Positions 8,031 through 15,422 of a DNA stretch of 34,832 nucleotides are shown here, in pieces. The DNA is from Nitrospirota bacterium. GTDB lineage: Bacteria > Nitrospirota > UBA9217. How positions within the stretch are numbered: position 1 is the stretch's first letter; each line of letters begins with the position of its first letter. The translations under genes were made by a program, and so were the position numbers. The DNA is taken from contig JBAIYC010000081.1 in the NCBI GenBank assembly GCA_037916085.1, positions 1 through 34,832 of the forward strand. Reading direction: 5' to 3'. Below the pieces are notes generated by a model. The model was not told the DNA's origin, searched no databases, and saw only the letters and a list, made by a program, of their open reading frames with translations.

Positions 8031-9602
8031 ATGAGCCGACTGAAGCAGGTCATAGAAACCACCTTCGGTCCTGACGCAAAGCACGATGCGGGCCAGCAGC
8101 CATCGGACGTGGTAGCCTTTCTTGTGCCGAGGGCCAGGTTTGCCGAAGCGGCGAAGGCGCTCAAGAAGGAATACGCGCTGCTTGCCGCTGAATGGGCTTC
8201 CGATGAAACGCCTTTCGGGAGGGGCTTCGGTATCTATGCCTGTTTCCGGAAGGAAAGCGAATATCTCATCGTCAAGACCATCGTTCCTCTCGACGATCCT
8301 ACCTTTCCGAGCCTGACGAAGAAATTCGTTCCCGCATTCCGCTTCGAGAGGCAGATGCAGAGCCTCATGGGGGTGACGGCCAACGGCCATCCGGACTCAC
8401 GGCCGTGGATCAAGCACGAGGATTGGCCGGCGGAAGCGTGGCCGCTCAGGAAGGCATTTTCTGCGTCGCAGAGACTGCCGCGAGTGGCAGGCGAATACCG
8501 CTGGGTCCGGGCGGACGGGGAGGGAATCTATGAGATCCCGGTTGGGCCGGTGCACGCAGGGATCATCGAACCGGGCCATTTCCGTTTCCAGGCAATGGGC
8601 GAAGATATCATCAATTTGGAAGAGAAGCTGGGGTATGTCCACAAGGGCATCGAAAAACGGTTCGAGTCCATGACCTGGCAGGATGCTGCCCGTCTAGCAG
8701 CTCGTGTTTCCGGCGACACGACCGTCGCTCACAGTCTTGCTTATGCGAGGGCAGTCGAGTCGCTCACGGGGTGCATCGTCCCGGAGCGGGCGCATTGGCT
8801 GCGCGCGCTGTTCCTGGAGCGGGAGCGTATCGCGAACCACCTGGGAGATCTCGGCGCGATCTGCAACGATGTTGCGTTTGCGTTCCTTCTCTATCAGCTG
8901 CACAGGCTGAAGGAGGACGTCCTGCGCACCAACCAGAGGCTTTTCGGCCACCGCTTCCTGATGGACCGGGTCGTGCCGGGCGGCGTGACCGCGGACATCG
9001 ATGCCGAAGGCACCAGTGCGATCCTTGCCGAGCTCGAGATGATTGAGCGCGAGTTCGCCCGCCTCGTGCTGATCTACGACGAGAATGCTTCGGTTGAGGA
9101 CCGGGTACGCGATACCGGCATCCTGTCGTCTGGCAAGGCCCGGGACCTCGGGGTCGTGGGGTTCGTCGCGCGGGCCAGCGGACTGAACCTCGATTGCCGC
9201 ATCCAGCATCCGTTCCCGCCCTATGATCGCATCGCGGTAACGATCCCCGTGCTGGTGAGCGGTGACGCCCATGCACGCGCATGGATCAGGATCGAAGAGG
9301 TTCGCGATTCCATCCGCATCATCCAGGAGATCCTGCGGACGCTTCCCCAAGGGGCGGTCTCGGTGCTGCCGGGTCCGCCAACTGCGGACAGGGCTGGATT
9401 CGGCGCGGTCGAAGGGTGGCGCGGGGAGATCATCACCTGGGTACAGTCCGGACCGAAGGGGGAGATCAATCGCTGCATGGTCCGGGACCCCTCGAGCGTG
9501 AACTGGCTGGGTCTCGAGCAATGCATCTTCGGGAACATCGTTCCAGACTTTCCGCTCTGCAACAAGAGCTTCAACCAGTCGTACTCGGGAAATGATTTGT
9601 GA
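8031..9602 (+). CDS. Fused NuoC-NuoD / HycE-HyfG-like 'large subunit' lacking the [NiFe] cysteine ligands (Ehr-type)
   Basis: The N-terminal ~150 aa are NuoC-like. The blocks EIPVGPVHAGIIEPGHFRF and EEKLGYVHKGIEK are typical of group-4 large subunits. The L1 site reads ARVSGDTTVAH instead of RxCGxCxxxH. The L2 site reads VPDFPLCNKSFNQS instead of DPCxxC. Confidence 0.85.
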   Translation: MSRLKQVIETTFGPDAKHDAGQQPSDVVAFLVPRARFAEAAKALKKEYALLAAEWASDETPFGRGFGIYACFRKESEYLIVKTIVPLDDPTFPSLTKKFVPAFRFERQMQSLMGVTANGHPDSRPWIKHEDWPAEAWPLRKAFSASQRLPRVAGEYRWVRADGEGIYEIPVGPVHAGIIEPGHFRFQAMGEDIINLEEKLGYVHKGIEKRFESMTWQDAARLAARVSGDTTVAHSLAYARAVESLTGCIVPERAHWLRALFLERERIANHLGDLGAICNDVAFAFLLYQLHRLKEDVLRTNQRLFGHRFLMDRVVPGGVTADIDAEGTSAILAELEMIEREFARLVLIYDENASVEDRVRDTGILSSGKARDLGVVGFVARASGLNLDCRIQHPFPPYDRIAVTIPVLVSGDAHARAWIRIEEVRDSIRIIQEILRTLPQGAVSVLPGPPTADRAGFGAVEGWRGEIITWVQSGPKGEINRCMVRDPSSVNWLGLEQCIFGNIVPDFPLCNKSFNQSYSGNDL

Positions 9603-9724
9603 CAATGTCAAAGAAGAAAGCCCGCATGTCGACTCATGCAACGAGAGGCAAAGGCCAGGATCGACATTGCATTTGCGCTTTGCGTCGGCAGATGTTTCTT
9701 GAACAGTAAGTTCCTGGTGATCCC

Positions 9725-10231
9725 ATGATACGCATCCTAAAACAGATATTCCGCACCGGCGTTGTGACGGAGCCTTTGCCGCCGGTCACAGACCCGGAGA
9801 TCGAGAAGATCGGCGTGCAGCTCGAGGAGGCCATCCAGCGCCGCTTCCGACGCAGCCTGACCATCCGTCAGGTGGATTCCGGTTCGTGCAACGGCTGCGA
9901 GCTTGAGATCCATGCGATGAACAACGTCTATTACAACTGCGAGCGCTTCGGTATCCATTTCACGGCCTCGCCGCGCTTCGCCGACATGCTGCTCGTGACC
10001 GGACCCGTCTCCCATAACATGGAGATCGCCCTTCGGAGGACCTACAATGCGACTCCATCGCCCAAGATCGTGGTCGCAGTCGGCGATTGCGGGTGCAATG
10101 GAGGGATCTTCGGCGAAAGCTATGCGTCTTTGGGAGGCATCGGCCGAGTCATCCCCGTGAACGCGGTCATCCCGGGATGTCCTCCGACGCCGACAGCATT
10201 GCTTCAGGGCATCCTGAAAGCCCTTGGATAG
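9725..10231 (+). CDS. NuoB/HycG/HyfI-like small subunit with intact [4Fe-4S] ligands
   Basis: DSGSCNGCELEI, VGDCGCNGGIFG and IPGCPPTP supply the four conserved cluster cysteines of the NuoB/group-4 small subunit family. Confidence 0.9.
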   Translation: MIRILKQIFRTGVVTEPLPPVTDPEIEKIGVQLEEAIQRRFRRSLTIRQVDSGSCNGCELEIHAMNNVYYNCERFGIHFTASPRFADMLLVTGPVSHNMEIALRRTYNATPSPKIVVAVGDCGCNGGIFGESYASLGGIGRVIPVNAVIPGCPPTPTALLQGILKALG

Positions 10232-10285
10232 AGACACACCTTCCTTTTTTCCCTGACCGCATCTTGTCATCCCGCTGCTTTTCCT

Positions 10286-10314
10286 TTGCCACCCGTTATG
10301 CGCTCAGCTATAAT
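10286..10314 (+). promoter_or_regulatory. Sigma-70 promoter for the DUF2147-like gene
   Basis: TTGCCA (10286-10291), 17 nt spacer, TATAAT (10309-10314). Confidence 0.55.
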
Positions 10315-10375
10315 GCAGTCGAGCAAAGGCGAAGATTCCCTTCTCGTCGAAAGCAGTGTCCAAAGAGGTGAACAG

Positions 10376-10840
10376 ATGAAAGTGCTGGCACGGATCGCCG
10401 TCGTCGTTGCCCTTGTGACTGTTGGTATTCCTGCTGTGGTTTGGGCTGTGCAGGCAGATGATATCCTCGGCGTCTGGTTCAACGCCGAGAAGGACGCGAG
10501 GATCGAGATCGTGAAGTGCGGCGAACGGTACTGCGGGAAGGTCGTCTGGCTCAAAGAGCCCAACTACCCTGAGGGATCGAAGGATGGGATACCGGGAACG
10601 CCGAAGTTGGACCATAACAATCGCGACGGGGCCCGCAGCAAAGACCCGATCATCGGCCTCGAGATCGTCCGGGATTTCCGGTACGCAGGCGACAACCTCT
10701 GGAAGGACGGAACGGTCTACGATCCCAAGAATGGGAAGACGTATCATGGCAAAATGACTCTGGTGTCCCCGGAGAGGCTTGATCTCCGAGGCTTCATCGG
10801 CATTTCTCTGCTAGGCAGGACCGCGACCTGGACGCGCTGA
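10376..10840 (+). CDS. Secreted DUF2147-like protein
   Basis: ATG 10376 is preceded by AGAGGTG. The signal peptide is MKVLARIAVVVALVTVGIPAVVWA. GVWFNAEKDARIEIVKCGERYCGKVVWL...YDPKNGKTYHGKMTL matches my recollection of the DUF2147 pattern. Confidence 0.7.
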   Translation: MKVLARIAVVVALVTVGIPAVVWAVQADDILGVWFNAEKDARIEIVKCGERYCGKVVWLKEPNYPEGSKDGIPGTPKLDHNNRDGARSKDPIIGLEIVRDFRYAGDNLWKDGTVYDPKNGKTYHGKMTLVSPERLDLRGFIGISLLGRTATWTR

Positions 10841-10874
10841 TCAAGCGGCATGGGTCGCGACGAAAGGGGACCGC

Positions 10875-11267
10875 GTGATAGATCGCCTTGTGAAGACCCG
10901 GATGATCCAGGCTCGCGAATCGCTCGGTCAGGCGAAGGCGATCCTGGAAGGCGATATGGACTCCGGGCTCGTGATCAACGGATTGTATTATGCCTTCTAC
11001 TATCCCGTGGTCGCGCTCGTGTATGAAGGCAGGACCCCTTCGGCCATGCAGAGCGTTGTGATCGGCCTCTTCGACGACCAGTTCATCAGGACCGGAACGT
11101 TCCCCAAGGAATTCTCCGATGTGATCCACCGGGTCTTCGATCTGAAGCCGAAATGCGGCGGCGAACCCGTCAACGTACCTCGGGATGAGATCATCCGTCT
11201 GACAGGAATCGCCCAGGACTTCATCGCCGCCGTGAACCTCTACCTGGAGCTCAAGGCAACGCAGTGA
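10875..11267 (+). CDS. Stand-alone HEPN-domain protein (degenerate motif)
   Basis: GTG start with AAGGGGA upstream. The 130-aa all-helical pattern A..SL..A..IL......GLVINGLYYAFYYPVVALVY...GLFDDQFIRTGTFPKEF...RVFDLK resembles small HEPN proteins. No Rx4-6H motif is visible. Confidence 0.6.
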   Translation: MIDRLVKTRMIQARESLGQAKAILEGDMDSGLVINGLYYAFYYPVVALVYEGRTPSAMQSVVIGLFDDQFIRTGTFPKEFSDVIHRVFDLKPKCGGEPVNVPRDEIIRLTGIAQDFIAAVNLYLELKATQ

Positions 11268-11357
11268 CAGCTCGCTCCTCTTCCTGCCCAATTCCGCGAT
11301 AGTTCGTACGCATGCCTCGGGGATGCCTTTTCCTGCGTGGATTTTTGCAGCTTAGTC

Positions 11358-11366
11358 TGGTATAGT
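11358..11366 (+). promoter_or_regulatory. Extended -10 promoter element (TGgTATAGT)
   Basis: cTGGTATAGT at 11357-11366, just upstream of the TIGR01212-type gene. Confidence 0.4.
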
Positions 11367-11401
11367 ACACAAACGTGCGGAGACTGTTCCGCGCAGAGAA
11401 C

Positions 11402-12346
11402 ATGAGGTCATCATCAGTAACGATACGACAGACCGTCAGGCGATATAATTCCTTCGGCCAGTTCATGAAGGAGCGTTTCGGCCTGCCGGTGTATAAGGTG
11501 AATGTGGACGCCGGTTTCACCTGTCCGAACCGGGACGGAACGATTTCCATTGGCGGGTGCATCTACTGCAACAACGACAGCTTTCGCCCCAGCGTCTGCA
11601 GCAGCACGGTGCCGCTGGGCGAGCAGATTGGGAAGGGAATTCCCTATCTCCGTCGCAGGTACGGGGCGGAGAGGTTCGTTGTCTATTTTCAGCCCTTTAC
11701 GAACACCTATGCTCCGGTAGAGACGCTGGAACGGCTGTACCGTGAGGCACTGGCCCATCCAGGCGTCGTCGGCCTCGCGATCGGGACGAGGCCTGATTGC
11801 GTCGATGAGGAGAAGATAAGGCTTCTCGAGGACCTTGCTCGGGATCGTTTCATCCTTGTGGAGTACGGCCTCCAGTCCATTTACGACCGGACGCTTCAGT
11901 TCATTAACCGGGGGCATGATTATGCACGCTTCCGCGAGGCCGTCGAGATGACCGCAGGGCGCGGCATTCACATCGGAGCTCATTTGATCCTCGGGTTCCC
12001 GACGGAAACCCGCGACGAAATGCTTGACATGGCCGATGCAGTCATGCGCATGCCTATCGGGTTCCTGAAGCTCCATCAGCTCCAGGTGATACGAAACACC
12101 GCACTCGCCGACCTGTTTGCGGTCAAGCCCTTTCCCACCCTGGGATATCAGGACTATATCGGGCTGGTGGCTGATTTCCTGGAGCGGCTGTCTCCCGACG
12201 TTGTCATCCAGCGCCTTTTTGCAGCTGCGCCGGCGGACATCCTGATCGCTCCGGTCTGGGACCGCACACGAAGCGAGTTCCTGAACGATCTTGATGCGTT
12301 TCTGGAGCGAAACGATAGCTATCAGGGCAAGAAGAACAGGCGATAA
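11402..12346 (+). CDS. TIGR01212-family (YhcC/YtqA-like) radical SAM protein
   Basis: GLPVYKVNVDAGFTCPNRDGTISIGGCIYCNNDSF is the characteristic N-terminal cluster region. The start is ambiguous: ATG 11402 is preferred because the -10 element at 11361-11366 would put the TSS near 11373, with GTG 11375 as the alternative. Confidence 0.85.
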   Translation: MRSSSVTIRQTVRRYNSFGQFMKERFGLPVYKVNVDAGFTCPNRDGTISIGGCIYCNNDSFRPSVCSSTVPLGEQIGKGIPYLRRRYGAERFVVYFQPFTNTYAPVETLERLYREALAHPGVVGLAIGTRPDCVDEEKIRLLEDLARDRFILVEYGLQSIYDRTLQFINRGHDYARFREAVEMTAGRGIHIGAHLILGFPTETRDEMLDMADAVMRMPIGFLKLHQLQVIRNTALADLFAVKPFPTLGYQDYIGLVADFLERLSPDVVIQRLFAAAPADILIAPVWDRTRSEFLNDLDAFLERNDSYQGKKNRR

Positions 12347-12418
12347 CACGGCGGATAAGCGATAGCTGGCCGCCGTGCGGCGCATTCATCGAGCAACAAA
12401 CCTAGGAAGGACCTTTTC

Positions 12419-13078
12419 ATGATCGATCTCCACACGCATTCATTGTTCAGCGACGGCGTCCTCGTCCCGTCGGAGTTGGTCCGGCGAGCGGTGATAAAGG
12501 GCTATGAGGTCATCGCGATCACCGACCATGCCGATGCGTCGAACCTCGATTTCATCATCCCCAGGGTGACGGCGGCATGCCGGGAGCTGGGCAAACGTTG
12601 GAAGATCCGGGCGCTGCCGGGCATCGAACTGACCCACATCCCGCCCGATACCTTCGGGGAATTGACCCGCAAAGCCCGGTCGCTGGGAGCAGCGATCGTC
12701 GTGGCCCACGGGGAGACCATCGTAGAACCGGTTCATCCTGGCACGAACCGCGCCGCCATCAATGCCGGCATTGACATCCTGGCCCACCCGGGGTTGATCA
12801 CGAAAGCGGAGGCGGCGCTTGCTGCAAAGAAAGGTGTCTTCCTCGAGATAACAACGAGGAAGGGCCACAGCTTGTCCAACGGTCATGTTGCGAAGATGGC
12901 AGAAGCGGCGGGGGCGCGGCTCGTGATCGATACGGACACGCACGAGCCGGGGGACCTTGTTTCCGACGAAGAGGCGCGGAACGTGTTGGTGGGGGCCGGG
13001 CTCGGCGCGAAAGAGGCAGACCGGGTATTCAGGAACTCGCGAGAACTTGCGGAAAGGGCCCTCAAGAGATTCGCATGA
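12419..13078 (+). CDS. PHP-domain (histidinol-phosphatase-like) metal-dependent phosphoesterase
   Basis: MIDLHTHSLFSDG..., AITDHAD, VVAHGE, ILAHPG and IDTDTH are PHP metal-binding His/Asp blocks. The SD AGGAAGGA lies upstream. Confidence 0.85.
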   Translation: MIDLHTHSLFSDGVLVPSELVRRAVIKGYEVIAITDHADASNLDFIIPRVTAACRELGKRWKIRALPGIELTHIPPDTFGELTRKARSLGAAIVVAHGETIVEPVHPGTNRAAINAGIDILAHPGLITKAEAALAAKKGVFLEITTRKGHSLSNGHVAKMAEAAGARLVIDTDTHEPGDLVSDEEARNVLVGAGLGAKEADRVFRNSRELAERALKRFA

Positions 13079-13123
13079 GGCATTGCCGATGGGAGACGTT
13101 CAACAAGGAGGACAGGGGACGGA

Positions 13124-13840
13124 ATGGCCAAGATCAAGAAGAAGACACCGAAAGCTCAACAGCCTGCTGAAGAGTTCCGGTCTATCGCGCACACGGTCGC
13201 TGATGCATACCGGGCCTATCGTAACCAATTCAATGCTGCACTGACCGTCATCGCCATTGCCGCAGCCGTCATGGTTGTGTACTGGCTCATTTCGGCGAAC
13301 AAGGAAAAGCAGGCAAGCAAGCTGCTTGCAGCGGCATACCAGGCCGCTGAGCCCGGCGCCGCCACGCCGGCGAACAACCTCTTGGCCCTGCAGCGCTTTC
13401 AGGAAGTCGTGAAGCAGTATGGGGGAACGATGAACGGGGCGGTGGCCCAGTTCTCCCTCGGGAACATCTATGCGCAGATGGGGCAATATGGGCAAGCGGT
13501 GCAGGAATACGAGAAGTTCACTAAGGAGTACGGGAAGGAGCAATTCCTTCTGCCCTTTGTGTACCAGCGGATGGGATACGCTTATCTGGCCCTTGGCAAG
13601 CAGGATGACGCCGTGAAGGCCTTTAGTCGGGCCGAGGCGGTCGGCGGTCCTGGACCGGCAACCGTGGAACTCGCGAGGATCTACGACCATGAAGGGAAAT
13701 CAGCAGAGTCCCAGAAGATGTACAAGGAGGTGAGCGAGAAGCTCGCCGCTACGTCGTGGGCTGTGGAGGCGAGGACCAAGCTTCCACCGCCGGACCTGAA
13801 AGCACCAGTGACCATGCCGGCGGGGACCGCTGAAAAGTAG
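13124..13840 (+). CDS. Membrane-anchored tetratricopeptide-repeat protein (YfgM-like topology)
   Basis: It has a basic N-terminus and one TM helix (LTVIAIAAAVMVVYWLI). TPR-like repeats follow (AQFSLGNIYAQMGQYGQAVQEYEKF..., YQRMGYAYLALGKQDDAVKAF). The SD AAGGAGGA lies upstream. Confidence 0.7.
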   Translation: MAKIKKKTPKAQQPAEEFRSIAHTVADAYRAYRNQFNAALTVIAIAAAVMVVYWLISANKEKQASKLLAAAYQAAEPGAATPANNLLALQRFQEVVKQYGGTMNGAVAQFSLGNIYAQMGQYGQAVQEYEKFTKEYGKEQFLLPFVYQRMGYAYLALGKQDDAVKAFSRAEAVGGPGPATVELARIYDHEGKSAESQKMYKEVSEKLAATSWAVEARTKLPPPDLKAPVTMPAGTAEK

Positions 13841-13866
13841 CCTATCCGGGGCCTCGGAGGTGATGA

Positions 13867-13910
13867 AATAAAAAGGGTCAGGAGCATGTCTCCTGACCCT
13901 TTTGTGTTTT
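13867..13910. terminator. Bidirectional intrinsic terminator between convergent genes
   Basis: GGGTCAGGAG (13875-13884), loop CATGT, CTCCTGACCC (13890-13899). It is flanked by AATAAAAA on the left and TTTTGTGTTTT on the right. Confidence 0.85.
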
Positions 13911-13924
13911 CGGCTTGCTTCGGG

Positions 13925-15268
13925 CTAGATCGCATCGACATCGACGACGAGCCGAATCTTCTGGCCGACGCGGATCGTGCGGATGCCGTTGTTCCACTCG
14001 CGGATGTCGGCGACGGTGACGTCATGCTTGCGAGCGATCTTCGCAAGGTTGTCGCCGCGGCGAACACGGTAGAGGATCTGTTGCTTTTTGCCGAGCTGTT
14101 CGGGGGCGATGGCGGTCAACGTTTCGTCCTTGCCGACGGCATTGACGGGGACGAGCAACTGCTGGCCGGATGAAACGCGATTTTTCTTGATGCCGTTGAC
14201 CTCCCGAATGGCCTCCGGGCTGGTGTTGTAACGCTGTGCGATGCCTGGAAGGGTCTCACCCCTGCCGACCAGATGACGTTCCCAGCGGATTTTCTGGTCC
14301 GCCGGGACGGCAGCGTAGGCCGTCAGGAAGGTCTCACGGGCACCCTTCGGGACGCGCAGGACGTATTGCGATGCATCGGGAGGCGTCGCCCAGCGCTTCA
14401 GCTCGGGATTCAGCTCCTTGATGGTCTCGAAGGTCGTTCCTGCACAGCGGGCGATAAGGCGCAGGTCGGTACTCTCGGTGATCACGACCTCATCATAGAC
14501 GAAGGGCTCGACGGCTGGTATCTGGAAACCGTAGGCCTCGGGATTCTTCGCGATGATGGTCGCGGCCATGAACTTGGGGATGTAGTTCTTCGTTTCACGG
14601 CGGATATACCGGGATGCTTTCAGGTCCCAGAAGTCCTCGGAACGAGTGCGCAGAACAGCGCGCTGGACCTTGCCGGCACCGGCATTGTAGGACGCAAGGG
14701 CAAGAGGCCAAGAACCGAACAGGTTATGCAGGTCCTTCAGATGCTCGGCGGCCGCATAGGTCGCTTTGACGGGGTCCTTCCGTTCGTCCACCCACCAGTC
14801 GATCCGGAGGCCGTAGAGCTTGCCGGTGTGGGGCATGAACTGCCAGGGACCGACGGCGCGGGCCCAGGAGATTGCATAGGGATTGAAGCCGCTCTCGATC
14901 ATCGCCACGTACACAAGGTCCTCAGGGAGGTTCTTCTCGCGGAAGATCTCGCGCATCGTCGGAATATAACGGGCGGAGCGGTCGAGCCATCTCTGGAAGA
15001 TATCGCGACCTCTGGTCTTGAAGTATTCCATGTGGTTCTCGACGCTGTCGTTCAGGATCATCGGGATCTGGTACGGGCGTCCCTCGAGCGCACTGTCCGC
15101 GTTTGCGTCGAGTTGCGCCGCGTCCTCCTGGGGAGGATTGAAATCACTGAGGATTGTCTGTGATGCCGAAGTGCCGGCCGCGGGATCGGAGTGGGCTGGC
15201 GCCGGGAACAGGGAAAGGGTCGTACAAACGACGAGTAGCGTCAAAATGACGTTAAGGCACGATCGCAT
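13925..15268 (-). CDS. MltD-like membrane-bound lytic murein transglycosylase with C-terminal LysM repeats
   Basis: It has a signal peptide and an SLT catalytic region (YVAMIESGFNPYAISWARAVGPWQFM). LysM-like repeats include HLVGRGETLPGIAQRYNTSPEAIREVNG and YRVRRGDNLAKIARKHDVTVADIREWN. Confidence 0.9.
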   Translation of the reverse strand: MRSCLNVILTLLVVCTTLSLFPAPAHSDPAAGTSASQTILSDFNPPQEDAAQLDANADSALEGRPYQIPMILNDSVENHMEYFKTRGRDIFQRWLDRSARYIPTMREIFREKNLPEDLVYVAMIESGFNPYAISWARAVGPWQFMPHTGKLYGLRIDWWVDERKDPVKATYAAAEHLKDLHNLFGSWPLALASYNAGAGKVQRAVLRTRSEDFWDLKASRYIRRETKNYIPKFMAATIIAKNPEAYGFQIPAVEPFVYDEVVITESTDLRLIARCAGTTFETIKELNPELKRWATPPDASQYVLRVPKGARETFLTAYAAVPADQKIRWERHLVGRGETLPGIAQRYNTSPEAIREVNGIKKNRVSSGQQLLVPVNAVGKDETLTAIAPEQLGKKQQILYRVRRGDNLAKIARKHDVTVADIREWNNGIRTIRVGQKIRLVVDVDAI

Positions 15269-15387
15269 TATTCCTCCAAAAGTATTGCTTAATTTCTACC
15301 TGATTAGCGTGCTAAAGTCAAGGAAAAAATACCATATTAATTTGTAGAGTACATAAAATGATGTTTTCTGAGCCACGGCGGAGAACC

Positions 15388-15416
15388 TTGTAATCCGCGA
15401 TACAGTCCTGTATGAT
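15388..15416 (+). promoter_or_regulatory. Sigma-70 promoter placing the TSS on the queE start codon (leaderless candidate)
   Basis: TTGTAA (15388-15393), 17 nt spacer, TATGAT (15411-15416), then 6 nt (TGGCCC) to ATG 15423. No SD is present. Confidence 0.45.
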
Positions 15417-15422
15417 TGGCCC

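Noticed and set aside
2500-10231. Annotation as functional hydrogenase-4 / formate hydrogenlyase (hyfBCEFGI)
   Set aside because: Subunit homology is real. However, the large subunit lacks three of the four Ni-Fe cysteines, and there are no HycF/HyfH, HyfA, FdhF or hyp/hycI genes. The module is therefore reported as Ehr-like.
11414-12385. 323-aa minus-strand ORF, the same length as the sense radical SAM ORF
   Set aside because: It is a mirror-image shadow of the TIGR01212-type gene. It has no motifs, and the sense frame has the diagnostic CPNRDG...GGCxxC region.
15269-15422. preQ1 riboswitch upstream of queE
   Set aside because: There is no preQ1-I/II-like stem with an A-rich tail. The predicted promoter places the TSS at the start codon, which leaves no leader.
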